Origin: a virus
Virus record (IMG/VR): IMGVR_UViG_3300043436_003448
Coordinates: 2,369-66,368 of that record
Reading direction: 5' to 3' (one strand)
DNA length: 64,000 nt
In this document: positions 30,536 to 39,606 of the stretch, in pieces
Numbering within the stretch: position 1 is the stretch's first letter
How the letters are laid out: every line of letters begins with the position of its first letter
Notes under the pieces: model-generated
The model's database searches: none
Told to the model about the DNA's origin: nothing
What the model saw: the letters and a program-made list of their open reading frames with translations, nothing else
Position numbers and translations under genes: made by a program

Positions 30536-30772
30536 TTATTCACTACCCTTGAGTTCCACAGGCTCCACAGGTTCAACCAGCAGAGCCCCAGAAGGACATT
30601 CTTTGACCTGCTCAGTAATCTTCTCAGTCGTCGCGCCTTCCATATTGACCCACGGCCGCAGATCAGGATTGAAAACCTCCGGGAGGCCCAGCCAGCAACT
30701 TTTGCAGTGAACGCAAAGATCAGAGTTCCACAGGACGTTGATTTCGCCGTTTGTGTATGTCCGTTCGGCCAT
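30536..30772 (-). CDS. Divergent 4Fe-4S mono-cluster ferredoxin-like protein (YjdI-like)
   Basis: MAERTYTNGEINVLWNSDLCVHCKSCWLGLPEVFNPDLRPWV..CPSGAL. Confidence 0.8.
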   Translation of the reverse strand: MAERTYTNGEINVLWNSDLCVHCKSCWLGLPEVFNPDLRPWVNMEGATTEKITEQVKECPSGALLVEPVEPVELKGSE

Positions 30773-30969
30773 TACTTCAAAACCTCTGGAATGCGATCCT
30801 TCGCGAGTTCGGATTTCATTTCCCTGATCACTTCCATTCGGCCGACCGTCTTTCCGTGTTGGAATGAGCAATTGGCGTACTTCTGGCCAAACTTAAACCC
30901 AACGAATATCCAGATTGAATTGCATAGCAAGATGACCGAAACAATCAGGATTTTTTCTCTCATACCCAT
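30772..30969 (-). CDS. Small membrane protein
   Basis: 65 aa with an N-terminal TM helix. Confidence 0.55.
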   Translation of the reverse strand: MGMREKILIVSVILLCNSIWIFVGFKFGQKYANCSFQHGKTVGRMEVIREMKSELAKDRIPEVLK

Positions 30970-31424
30970 GTTTCATGATCCTTGTCAGGTTCATCATCCC
31001 CTTCATCCGGACCAATCGCCCACTGCTTCAGAAGCTCCATCAGGAACGGCAGCACAAACCACCGAATGAACATCCAACCGAAACCAGTTGGCAGAATTCC
31101 GACCTGTTGAAGCTGGCCAACAATCTTTGTCCGCTGGTTCTTCAGTTCTTTAAGCTGAATCTTCCGCCGGACTTTCGAGTTTACTTTTCTTCCCGGAGCC
31201 AGATCGACAACCGATTCAAACGCTGTCGCGAGCATCCCCGTTTTGTAAATCTCTGCAGCCGCGCAGAGGCACATATTGAACATCGAATCCGGGACATCGA
31301 TCAGGCATTCGTTGACGATCTTCTGATACGTCGGAAGGCCGCAGATTATCGTTGTTGCTTCAATGGCAGACTTGGCGAATGTTGCCCTGGGGAAGTCGAT
31401 GTGGGATGAGTGAAATTCGGTCAT
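30960..31424 (-). CDS. Hypothetical protein with C-terminal hydrophobic segment
   Basis: 154-aa ORF in operon. Confidence 0.55.
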   Translation of the reverse strand: MTEFHSSHIDFPRATFAKSAIEATTIICGLPTYQKIVNECLIDVPDSMFNMCLCAAAEIYKTGMLATAFESVVDLAPGRKVNSKVRRKIQLKELKNQRTKIVGQLQQVGILPTGFGWMFIRWFVLPFLMELLKQWAIGPDEGDDEPDKDHETWV

Positions 31425-31671
31425 GGTTCACCAAACAATCGGAATGCCGCAAAGCATCAAAGGTAAAGAATGTTCGGCCGCCAACTCCACATCGAAAGGC
31501 TTCGACGCATCAGGCGACCAAATGAACCGACGCCAAGCTGAACGACTCATGACGTGCAACCAACATAAATCAGGAACAAGATCCACAACAAAAACGGGAT
31601 GACATAACAAGACCCATCATCACCGGGAGTCATCTGAGGAGGTGGCGGAATCGGAGGTGGTGGCGGGCAAT

Positions 31672-32625
31672 TCATTTCAAGATCACTTTCAAATCCGGAA
31701 TCAATCGACCGCCCATCCGAACAACCACTTCCCGGCCGTTGACCTCAATAGCTTTCACCGTCGCCGACACTTCCAGAATCTTCCGGTAACTCACATCAAT
31801 CGGAGGATCGAAACTCACAACCCGCTTCCCGGCTGGCCAACTGATCTTTCCGCCGCCGAGTGTCATCCCTTCCCGAGACAAAAGCCCGTCCAGGACTTTC
31901 AACAATGGATCGTCCAAATCAACGTCGATTTCCGGCAGCCACGCTGAAGCAACGGCACCAGAGGGAGAAAGCTTCCCAGCCTTCATCAACTCAGATCGAG
32001 CCACGTTTTCCAGCATCGCGGCAATGACGGCCGAAGAGGAGGAGCCATCGACTTTCACGATCTGAAATCCTTTGACCTCTATTTCTTCCCCCGCATCTTT
32101 CGAAACTTCCGCTCCCGCTTTCTCCTGGTGTTCGCCAATCCACTTTTCGAGGGTTTTGGTGTCCATTGCACCGCTGAACGTTGTTCCGTCCGGCGCGAGC
32201 CAACAGGGGCAGGCTCCAGAGGGAGACGGCCCCGCCGCTGGGACCGGGATTGTCGTGAAGGCGAATTTTGGCTTAGAGGCTGAAAGATTCCTTGTTTGAA
32301 TGTCACATGAACCGCACGGCCATGTGCCATCCGTAGTAAAAAGAGTTGCGGTTTTCCGCCCTGCCTTTCCGGCCGAATCTTCCGCATCATCCTTCACCAC
32401 TTCCGGCGGGATAAACTCCATCCACTGAGCCGACAGCCGCGGAGGATCATTCTTCGCGAAGTCATCCGGCAGAACGGGAGCTTCCTCTTCAATGGCCTGC
32501 TGGACCGACAAATCAACGTCGATCAGCACTTTTGGAGGCGGCCCGCTTGCAATGCAGGTTCCCAGAGCGAGCCCGAAGACGAAGAAGAACACAATGCCGA
32601 TAAGAATGATTTCAGATAACTTCAT
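31672..32625 (-). CDS. Exported protein with thioredoxin-like CxxC (WPCGSC)
   Basis: N-terminal signal/TM; LFTTDGTWPCGSC..CPCW resembles a glutaredoxin/thioredoxin fold. Confidence 0.5.
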   Translation of the reverse strand: MKLSEIILIGIVFFFVFGLALGTCIASGPPPKVLIDVDLSVQQAIEEEAPVLPDDFAKNDPPRLSAQWMEFIPPEVVKDDAEDSAGKAGRKTATLFTTDGTWPCGSCDIQTRNLSASKPKFAFTTIPVPAAGPSPSGACPCWLAPDGTTFSGAMDTKTLEKWIGEHQEKAGAEVSKDAGEEIEVKGFQIVKVDGSSSSAVIAAMLENVARSELMKAGKLSPSGAVASAWLPEIDVDLDDPLLKVLDGLLSREGMTLGGGKISWPAGKRVVSFDPPIDVSYRKILEVSATVKAIEVNGREVVVRMGGRLIPDLKVILK

Positions 32626-33635
32626 GATGCCAGCCTTTCCATTTCACTGACTGATCGAGTTCCAGTTTCAGAGCTTCCATCAACCCTGTATTCCTGCCCT
32701 GGGCGAACGCAAATTGCATGAGCATCCCACCACTGAGACCGCCGCTGGGCTTTGATGAACTCACGTTCCTTCACCCCGTAGCATCCGGGAGGAAGCTTCA
32801 CTTTTGTTCCATCCTTCAGAACAATCTCTTCCGGCCCGGACGGCATATTGTCGCCCCACGACTGAGCATCAACGAAACAATCCTCGCCGTCCTGATCCAC
32901 GTAAACACCGATAACAGCCTGACAGTGAGCGCCGGTATCAGACGCAACACACTGGCCGTTTTTGTCGCGATTGCCGAACAACGTATCCCAGCACCGGAAC
33001 ACACCGAAGTAGCTGGCGATTGCATCCGCAATCTGATCATTCGAGCGAGTGGAATGAACTGAGCAAGTATGCTGCTGGAGTTCCGCCATCAGTTCGGCAG
33101 GCATCCGCTGATTCTTCGAACTGTACGAGACGGCCCAACTCTCATTGTTCTGACTCAAATCTGCCGAACCATAAACGCCGCGTTTCGCAAACCCGCCAAC
33201 GCCATTGATACCGGCCAGAAACTCAGCGATCCACGGACCGCATGATCCGTCGCCGCTTCCCAACTGACCCTTGCCAACGATGATTCGCGAGCCGACGTAA
33301 GCAGGCTCCCACGCGATTTCAACCGGCTTGCCAAACGCCAGTTTGTTGCCGAGCGAATGAAGATAGCTCGCATTCAATGCAGTATCAGCCCCACGGCCAA
33401 CGCACGTTCCCCGGCGCTGGTGGTGAGGCTTATACGGCCGAAACTTCATCCACTGATTCCAGAGGAAGACACCAAGAACACCTTTTGCCTTGAGAGCTTC
33501 CCACCGGCCATTGAACTGCGATTGACCAACTCGGAACTCAACCTTGATCCCGGCATCGGCCATTCTTTGATCAACTGCCTCAGCGTAAGCCTGAGAGAGG
33601 ATGCAGCCGAGTAGCGATTGATCGATTTTGGCCAT
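32622..33635 (-). CDS. Papain-like (C1 family) cysteine peptidase
   Basis: QRRGTCVG (Gln..Cys), GAHCQAVIG (His), AQSWG (NSWG equivalent). Confidence 0.7.
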   Translation of the reverse strand: MAKIDQSLLGCILSQAYAEAVDQRMADAGIKVEFRVGQSQFNGRWEALKAKGVLGVFLWNQWMKFRPYKPHHQRRGTCVGRGADTALNASYLHSLGNKLAFGKPVEIAWEPAYVGSRIIVGKGQLGSGDGSCGPWIAEFLAGINGVGGFAKRGVYGSADLSQNNESWAVSYSSKNQRMPAELMAELQQHTCSVHSTRSNDQIADAIASYFGVFRCWDTLFGNRDKNGQCVASDTGAHCQAVIGVYVDQDGEDCFVDAQSWGDNMPSGPEEIVLKDGTKVKLPPGCYGVKEREFIKAQRRSQWWDAHAICVRPGQEYRVDGSSETGTRSVSEMERLAS

Positions 33636-33693
33636 GATTGTTTGTTCCGGGTTTGGTCAAATGTTACATGCAGGTCACATGACAGGCAGTTGA

Positions 33694-33909
33694 TCAGGTT
33701 TTATCAGCCTGCTCAAAATGATCCAGAAGTTTCGTTGCCGCTTCATGACTGATCGGAATAACCATCTGGTTATTGTCTTCAGTTCTGACCGCCATTGTGC
33801 TTGATGTTAAGGAAGCAGCGCCCATCCCAGCAGAATTGGCTTCATGCCCACGGGAAACCAGAATCACAGTCGACGGATCAACAACCACGTCAGCAAATCG
33901 TTTCAACAT
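33694..33909 (-). CDS. Hypothetical protein
   Basis: ORF; probable start MLKRFADVVVDP at 33909. Confidence 0.45.
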   Translation of the reverse strand: MLKRFADVVVDPSTVILVSRGHEANSAGMGAASLTSSTMAVRTEDNNQMVIPISHEAATKLLDHFEQADKT

Positions 33910-33958
33910 TGAAATAACTCCAGCCAGAGAAATTAGAAAACCAACATCAACAAAACGA

Positions 33959-34561
33959 TCAATTCCCGCGCAACTTATTGGCAATAAAATGCCTGTTCGC
34001 GTCCGTGACTTCTGAGCGTTTCGCCTGGTACTCTTTCACCCGTGAATCGTCTTTGATGTTCTTCAAAGCCTTCTGGGATTCAACCACCATAACAATCTGT
34101 TCGGTGTTCGAGACTCGCCCGGCTTCAACGAGATCCGCCAGAGCGTTCCAGTAATCGGCTTCCGTGTATTCAAGAGGCTTCGGAGGTTCTGGTTTTGGCG
34201 GCTCAGGCTTCGGGAATGGCTCAGGCAACGGATCAGGAGAGGGAGCCGGGCCGGGATCAGGCTTCACGTCCTGATCATCTTTGTCCGGCTTGTCCGGCAA
34301 TGAGTTGAGCAGATTGCAACCGGACATTCCGCCGGACATGCCAGCCAGCAGAAAGGCAACAATCAGGAGACGTGCTAAGGAACTATTGCACTGCTGAAGG
34401 TGGATTTTTCCTATCACCGCGCCGTCTCCTGATTGGTGTTCGCTTTGAATGAATGACTGAAATGAAAATGAATGAAGGACAGGTTTACGATTGTTTCTGA
34501 ACGTCGGATGTTTGACCAGGTGGGGCAGGCTGAGCAGGCGGAACGGACCAAATCGCTTCAT
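33959..34561 (-). CDS. Putative Pro-rich lipoprotein (spanin-like position)
   Basis: Hydrophobic stretch LLIVAFLLAG followed by MSGC lipobox-like motif and PDPGPAPSPDP linker; the true start is probably downstream of 34561. Confidence 0.5.
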   Translation of the reverse strand: MKRFGPFRLLSLPHLVKHPTFRNNRKPVLHSFSFQSFIQSEHQSGDGAVIGKIHLQQCNSSLARLLIVAFLLAGMSGGMSGCNLLNSLPDKPDKDDQDVKPDPGPAPSPDPLPEPFPKPEPPKPEPPKPLEYTEADYWNALADLVEAGRVSNTEQIVMVVESQKALKNIKDDSRVKEYQAKRSEVTDANRHFIANKLRGN

Positions 34562-35018
34562 TTAGAGTCTTCCGGATAACCTCAGCAACTGCAGGATCCA
34601 TCTTTACCGCCGGAACATTGATCACGTTGACCGGCCGATTCTTCTCCAGCCATTCCGCTTTCGCTCGCCTGTTCTCCGCCAGCAACAAATCACCGGCCAT
34701 ATCCGCCAAATGACTCGCATGGTCCGGCGAAACATCCGGATCCCGAGCGAGCCCGAAAAGATTGTCCAGCCGCTCCCAGAGTTCCGGGCTCATGCCCTGC
34801 TTGACCGAGCGAGTTACCACCGTCCGACCGTTGAGCCACTTAACGCCGAGAGTCCCGCTGGATGCAGCCGCCACAAGAGCCGAGAACATCACCGAGATGT
34901 CCCGAGGCGACTTCCCGTTTCGCATCCCCACCGCCGCATCGGCCGAAGAGAGGAGGCCAATGATTGCGAGGATCACATTCAGCCAGTTGGATTTGAGTTT
35001 CTGGAGGAGGTTTTGCAT
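34485..35018 (-). CDS. Membrane protein (two N-terminal hydrophobic helices)
   Basis: WLNVILAIIGLLSSA and ISVMFSALVAAAS segments. Confidence 0.55.
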   Translation of the reverse strand: MQNLLQKLKSNWLNVILAIIGLLSSADAAVGMRNGKSPRDISVMFSALVAAASSGTLGVKWLNGRTVVTRSVKQGMSPELWERLDNLFGLARDPDVSPDHASHLADMAGDLLLAENRRAKAEWLEKNRPVNVINVPAVKMDPAVAEVIRKTLNEAIWSVPPAQPAPPGQTSDVQKQS

Positions 35019-35089
35019 ATCAGCCAGCTTTCAGCTTTCAAGGTTCAGGGAAGAGGACGGCCGGAGAGAGGGAGGAACGCGAAAATTGA

Positions 35090-35395
35090 TCAGACAGCTG
35101 CAGGCGTCTCGATGACTTCAATGCCAATGGCCTTGCACTTCTCGACAGCGAAGTCAAAAGCCTGCTCGAAGTTGTCGCCCTGATCATGCAGTTTCAACGA
35201 GTGACCATCCTTCACGGTATCGATCACGCCAGAAACTTGCCGATGCATGTGATCGTTCTCGGTCCCAAGTTTCGCTTCACTCATCCAGTTCGGCCAAAGC
35301 TTGAACTGCCAGAAGTTGAAAAACATAATGACATCGGCCGGATTGCCGGAGACTTCACCGAGCTTGCCGCCATGAGTTTTGATCGCACGAATCAT
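35090..35395 (-). CDS. Hypothetical protein
   Basis: Probable start MIRAIKTHGG at 35395; the upstream extension overlaps the tRNA-like gene. Confidence 0.5.
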   Translation of the reverse strand: MIRAIKTHGGKLGEVSGNPADVIMFFNFWQFKLWPNWMSEAKLGTENDHMHRQVSGVIDTVKDGHSLKLHDQGDNFEQAFDFAVEKCKAIGIEVIETPAAV

Positions 35396-35440
35396 CGAAG
35401 AGTTTCTTTCGGCCGGATAGGGAAGGGCACGTTTCGGAAA

Positions 35441-35521
35441 TAGCCAGAGCAGGAATCGAACCTGCGATCTTTCAGGAAGATGTTTCGCTTCCGAATGCTC
35501 TACCAACTGAGCTACCTGGCC
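35441..35521 (-). ncRNA. tRNA-like RNA with expanded 25-nt anticodon arm
   Basis: Minus strand: GGCCAGG TA GCTC-AGTTGGTA-GAGC A TTCGGAAG-CGAAACAT-CTTCCTGAA AGATC GCAGG-TTCGATT-CCTGC TCTGGCT A. Acceptor, D and T arms pair; there is no canonical 7-nt anticodon loop. Confidence 0.8.
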
Positions 35522-35531
35522 GATTGCAAAA

Positions 35532-35723
35532 TCAAATCACCTGTTCGGTCTTACCGATCGCACTTCGGATAGCGAGCAGCCCAGCCGCTTCGAGCCATCG
35601 GAAGATTTCCTGCCCAGTTGAAACATCGATGTAGCCCATCGACTGAGCGAAGGCCACCCCGCCCATCGCCAGAGCAGTGATGATTGTTTTCTTGCCCTGC
35701 AGGAACTTCCAAACTTTGCCCAT
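35532..35723 (-). CDS. Holin-like small membrane protein
   Basis: MGKVWKFLQGKKTIITALAMGGVAFA..LEAAGLLAIRSAIGK: basic N-terminus and two hydrophobic helices. Confidence 0.55.
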   Translation of the reverse strand: MGKVWKFLQGKKTIITALAMGGVAFAQSMGYIDVSTGQEIFRWLEAAGLLAIRSAIGKTEQVI

Positions 35724-36046
35724 ATCGCACCAGCCCTGATCTTTGAAACAAAAAGGCGACCGGCAACACACCGGCCGCCCGTACTGTTATTCCCCAACTC
35801 GTTAGAGCTAGAGTCGCGGCAGATCATGCCTCCTATCGGCATAGTTTGTCAATCCATGCTCCATGCATGTGACATGGATTGTGCAAAAGTTTCCGAGAAG
35901 CGATCGAGAGGAAGAGAAAGACAGGCAGAGATTCCGGCAGGCGGATGAGGCTTCACGGCGCGGACGGCCGGAGAGGTGAGGAGCCAGCTCGCTGGACACA
36001 AGCAACAACCGTTCCCAAATAAACTCCTACTGAACAGGTGTCTCTG

Positions 36047-36362
36047 GCACAGATCATCTGTGCGCGCGTAAGTCCTAGAGGCTCTAGGGAAAAAAACTTG
36101 AAAATAGTCAAAAAGAGCCGCGCACACTTTTTTTCTAATTGTAAACCGGTTCACAAAAATAGCACTTGTTCACTATCTCATTTTCTACCCATTACTCCCC
36201 CTCTACGAATCGTACCCACTATACCAAACTGCTGTGAATCTAAGAAGTTTCCAATATAATCTGTGCTTCTGTGCTGAATGTTTGTAAGTGTAAGTATTGT
36301 ATAGGGTTATGGCTGCACAGATATGGCACAGATCGAGCACAGTTTAAGGGTGGCATCTGTGC
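36047..36362. repeat. GCACAGAT iteron-like repeats (putative replication origin or accessory protein sites)
   Basis: Direct copies at 36315, 36326 and 36337 (11-bp phasing); palindrome GCACAGAT-C-ATCTGTGC at 36047-36063; inverted copies at 36259, 36267 and 36355; AT-richer intergenic region between divergent arms. Confidence 0.6.
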
Positions 36363-36640
36363 GAACGCTGGGAAATCTGGGTTTAGTCGAACGATGGGTA
36401 AAACAGGAAAGCGAATCAGAAATGAGAATGAACGTTTTGAATGGTTTTGTTTTACCGGCGAATGTGGGTGAAAGTTGTGATTTTTATGTAACATGGATGT
36501 TGCAAGCATGGTCGATAGTTGTAATTATCCATGTCTGATATTGATGAGTTGAATGAGGTTGGTTGAAGTTAAACGGAGTGGCAAACGGAGTTGAAGAACC
36601 TCACGGATGATTCCCCTGGAATCTTTATGTGAGTTGTTAA

Positions 36641-37858
36641 ATGTCAGCGGTTCTCAGTGATTTTCATTTCACGTTCGATGCAAGTTGTGCCGGCCAGATG
36701 CCTTTCAGGGTTTTCTCTGAGCCTCAATCAAAAGTGATTGAAGTTGTTGAAGTTGTGAAACCTGAAGTCGTGGATAACCGGAGTTTGGTGGATCTCTACA
36801 ACGAGTTATTGGCGGCCAGTGACAAGGAAAAGCGAGTGTCAGTCAAGACGATCCAAGACAATCGATCTGCGCTGGACAAGTTTGAGACTTGGGGAAAGGC
36901 TCAACATAGAGTCGTCGCCGGTAGACCGCTGAGCTTGCTCGAGCAGCCGAAGATTCTGAGGACATACGCGGAGGTTCTTCGAGCGAAGCCGAAGGGCAAT
37001 TCTTCGGCGATGGCCAGCAAAGCCTGCAGTTCAATTGGCAAGCTGGCTGCGGCATGTGTTCGGGCGGAACTGATCAAGCAGAAGCCTGAGACAGTCAGTA
37101 AATCAACGATCAACCTAATGAGGCCGCTGAGCGAGGAGCAGAGAAGAGTTAAGGCCGTTCCGGTCACGGTGGCTGAGCTCCAAGCGATGTTGTCAGTCGT
37201 CGACGGGTGTAAGTGGCCGAGACTTGGCAAGGTGAAGCCATCAGTATTCTGGCAGACTAACTTGTTGTCGCACTATGTGTACGGGTTCCGGTCCCAAGAC
37301 TGGTTCGCCGCGCGATCGGCAGTGAAGCAGGGTTTGCTGTGGTCTGGAGTCATCACAGAGAGTCAATGTCCTTTTCTTGATGATCTCCACAATGAAGCAG
37401 GGTGGGCGTTGTACTTAGTCCACAAGACTGCGAACAAAGATGAGGCTGCTGATCGACCGTCAGACGTGTTGGTCCCGCTGTCGTCGAAGATGAGGAGTCT
37501 GATTGAGCAGTTCCGCGGCTTGAATTCCGAGCGAGTGTTTCCGATGAAAAACAATTCACGGACATACTCACAAGAGTTTTCAAAGATTCTCGAACGTGCA
37601 GGCCTGTCGGATGAGATGAGACGCAAGGATAAAAAGCCGATCATCCGCCTGAGTTTAGGGCAACGGAAAGTGGCGAGTTTCCGGAAGGGATCGTCGGCCA
37701 TGTGGGCGAAGTATGTCAGCAGGGCGGCTTCGAGCTACATGCTTCATCATGCTGTGAGCGAAGAGGGCGTTGCGAAGATGACTCAGGAATCGTACCTGCA
37801 GAACGAAGAGATTCTTCGGGACATCTGCGCGAAGATTGAAACGCTTCCGATCTGGTAA
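36641..37858 (+). CDS. Divergent tyrosine recombinase (cassette-array-associated)
   Basis: Catalytic-order motifs YGFRSQD (R), VHKT (K), ASFRKG (xxxR), MLHH (H) and MTQESY (Y); N-terminal core-binding-like region (SVKTIQDNRSAL). Confidence 0.75.
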   Translation: MSAVLSDFHFTFDASCAGQMPFRVFSEPQSKVIEVVEVVKPEVVDNRSLVDLYNELLAASDKEKRVSVKTIQDNRSALDKFETWGKAQHRVVAGRPLSLLEQPKILRTYAEVLRAKPKGNSSAMASKACSSIGKLAAACVRAELIKQKPETVSKSTINLMRPLSEEQRRVKAVPVTVAELQAMLSVVDGCKWPRLGKVKPSVFWQTNLLSHYVYGFRSQDWFAARSAVKQGLLWSGVITESQCPFLDDLHNEAGWALYLVHKTANKDEAADRPSDVLVPLSSKMRSLIEQFRGLNSERVFPMKNNSRTYSQEFSKILERAGLSDEMRRKDKKPIIRLSLGQRKVASFRKGSSAMWAKYVSRAASSYMLHHAVSEEGVAKMTQESYLQNEEILRDICAKIETLPIW

Positions 37859-37924
37859 TGAGATCGAAATGAACATCCGCTGTTGATTGGTTTCGTTATG
37901 TGGAACACTAAGGAGTCGATTGAA

Positions 37925-38128
37925 ATGTGGGCGTGGATTAAAGCACTGTTGACGAGTCGGAAACCGAAAAAATCTATTGTTCCGCCAGTGGGGCGAAAGC
38001 AGTGGACACTCGACCAAATGCCTCCTGGAGATCCAATGATGCGAGAGGTCATGATGAGGGCATTGAATTCTGGAGAGCCAACGTTTGCCAGTCGCGACGA
38101 TAAGGGCAAGGTGACGTATCACGAGTAA
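37925..38128 (+). CDS. Cassette gene, hypothetical
   Basis: MWAWIKALL.. after AAGGAG RBS; its stop is the TAA of the site at 38126. Confidence 0.6.
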   Translation: MWAWIKALLTSRKPKKSIVPPVGRKQWTLDQMPPGDPMMREVMMRALNSGEPTFASRDDKGKVTYHE

Positions 38129-38173
38129 CAGAGGTAATTGCATCCGCTGTTCCTGAAAACATTGGAGATTTTA

Positions 38174-38968
38174 ATGCGTGTTCTTTCGTTTGGTGCTGGC
38201 GTTCAATCAACAGCATTGCTGCACATGATGATTGAAGGATTGATAAATCCAGTCGACCTGATCGTGTTTGCTGACACTGGATGGGAGCCGGAATCGGTGT
38301 ATTCTCACGTCGAACAGTGCAGAATCATTGCCGATGAGTATGGAATCGAGTGGTCGACAGTCTCAAACGATCTAGGCAATGCGGAACTGTCCGCAGTAGC
38401 AGGCGACGCCAATGGTGTTCACGTTCCATATTTCACTCGGTTCAGTGGCAAATCTGGAATGGTGCGGCGGACGTGTACGCGGCTATTCAAAATCGAGCCA
38501 ATTCGCCGTGAGATCAAACGTCGCATGGGTCTTCAGAAAGGCGAGCGAGTCAAAGAGAGCGTCGAAATGGTAATCGGTATTAGCTCAGACGAAAAACAGC
38601 GAATGACTCAGCCTGTCGAGAAGTGGCTCAAGCATGATTACCCGCTCGTGAACATGAGAATGACGCGACTGCAGTGCTTGGACTGGATGCGTGATCGCGG
38701 AATCACAATCCCTGCGAAAAGTGCGTGCGTGTTTTGCCCATACAAGAAGCGGGCAGACTGGCACGAGATGAAAATGAATGATCCGGAGTCGTGGCGAAAA
38801 GCAGTCAGTTTTGACAATGCGATGCGTGATAGGACCAATGACGAATCGCAGTTATTTTTGTTGGCGAGTCTTGAACCACTGGAAACCGCCAAGCTGATCA
38901 CCAGTACGCGAGAGGCGCAAACGGAGTTTGGTTTTGTTGACGAATGTGAAGGCATGTGCGGCGTCTGA
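38174..38968 (+). CDS. Cassette gene: PAPS-reductase-family (PP-loop) protein
   Basis: LSFGAGVQST, FADTGWE, RTCT..FKIEP, KSACVFCP, CEGMCGV. Confidence 0.8.
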   Translation: MRVLSFGAGVQSTALLHMMIEGLINPVDLIVFADTGWEPESVYSHVEQCRIIADEYGIEWSTVSNDLGNAELSAVAGDANGVHVPYFTRFSGKSGMVRRTCTRLFKIEPIRREIKRRMGLQKGERVKESVEMVIGISSDEKQRMTQPVEKWLKHDYPLVNMRMTRLQCLDWMRDRGITIPAKSACVFCPYKKRADWHEMKMNDPESWRKAVSFDNAMRDRTNDESQLFLLASLEPLETAKLITSTREAQTEFGFVDECEGMCGV

Positions 38969-39013
38969 AAGTAACAGCGGAACTTGTATTCGATAGTCGT
39001 TGAAAGGGCATTT

Positions 39014-39283
39014 ATGACACTGTGCATCGTTGTGTTTGATGATGAAAACGGGCTGTGCGTCCCGATGACTGCTGACGCTGATTGCGAGGGAGCAATCGAG
39101 GCCGGTTCTGGTCCGGTCATCGTGTTTGCAAATCGGGAAGCTGCTCGCAAGGCAATCAAAATTTCAAAGGCAAAAGCCGAGTTATTGAAGGCTCAAGGCA
39201 AACCTGCCAACGAAGACTTCTTGGCATCCTGCAAGTGCCTGAAGATCCGGCAAGTGACATCATGGATCGTGTCAGGACAATGA
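39014..39283 (+). CDS. Cassette gene, hypothetical
   Basis: MTLCIVVFDDENG..; its TGA lies in the site at 39281. Confidence 0.6.
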   Translation: MTLCIVVFDDENGLCVPMTADADCEGAIEAGSGPVIVFANREAARKAIKISKAKAELLKAQGKPANEDFLASCKCLKIRQVTSWIVSGQ

Positions 39284-39321
39284 GCAGCGGTATTCCGTTC
39301 CGATCGTCAAAAGGGACTATT

Positions 39322-39570
39322 GTGTCTGAATTCGTTTACCTCGTGAATCTCTGTCACTCAATGGATGACATTCCGATGCGAATGTTTGCCGATGTCGACG
39401 CTGCGTTTGAGTACGCGAAGCTGATCGACTGGGAAGTTCCAGACGAGATGTACAAAAGGCTAGAATTGCCAGCGTGCTCAACGCCGGTTTGTGTGACTGT
39501 GACAACGTTCTGTAACGGGGTTCCGATGAGTCGGGTGGTTGTTCGGTCGTTCGATGAAGATGATGAGTAA
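39322..39570 (+). CDS. Cassette gene, hypothetical
   Basis: GTG start after AAGGGA; its TAA lies in the site at 39568. Confidence 0.6.
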   Translation: MSEFVYLVNLCHSMDDIPMRMFADVDAAFEYAKLIDWEVPDEMYKRLELPACSTPVCVTVTTFCNGVPMSRVVVRSFDEDDE

Positions 39571-39606
39571 CAGCGGTTGTCGATGTCCGATCGTCTCAGG
39601 GAGTTG

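Noticed and set aside
35396-35506. N-terminal extension of ORF 35090..35506
   Set aside because: It overlaps the tRNA-like cloverleaf; the downstream ATG at 35395 is more plausible.
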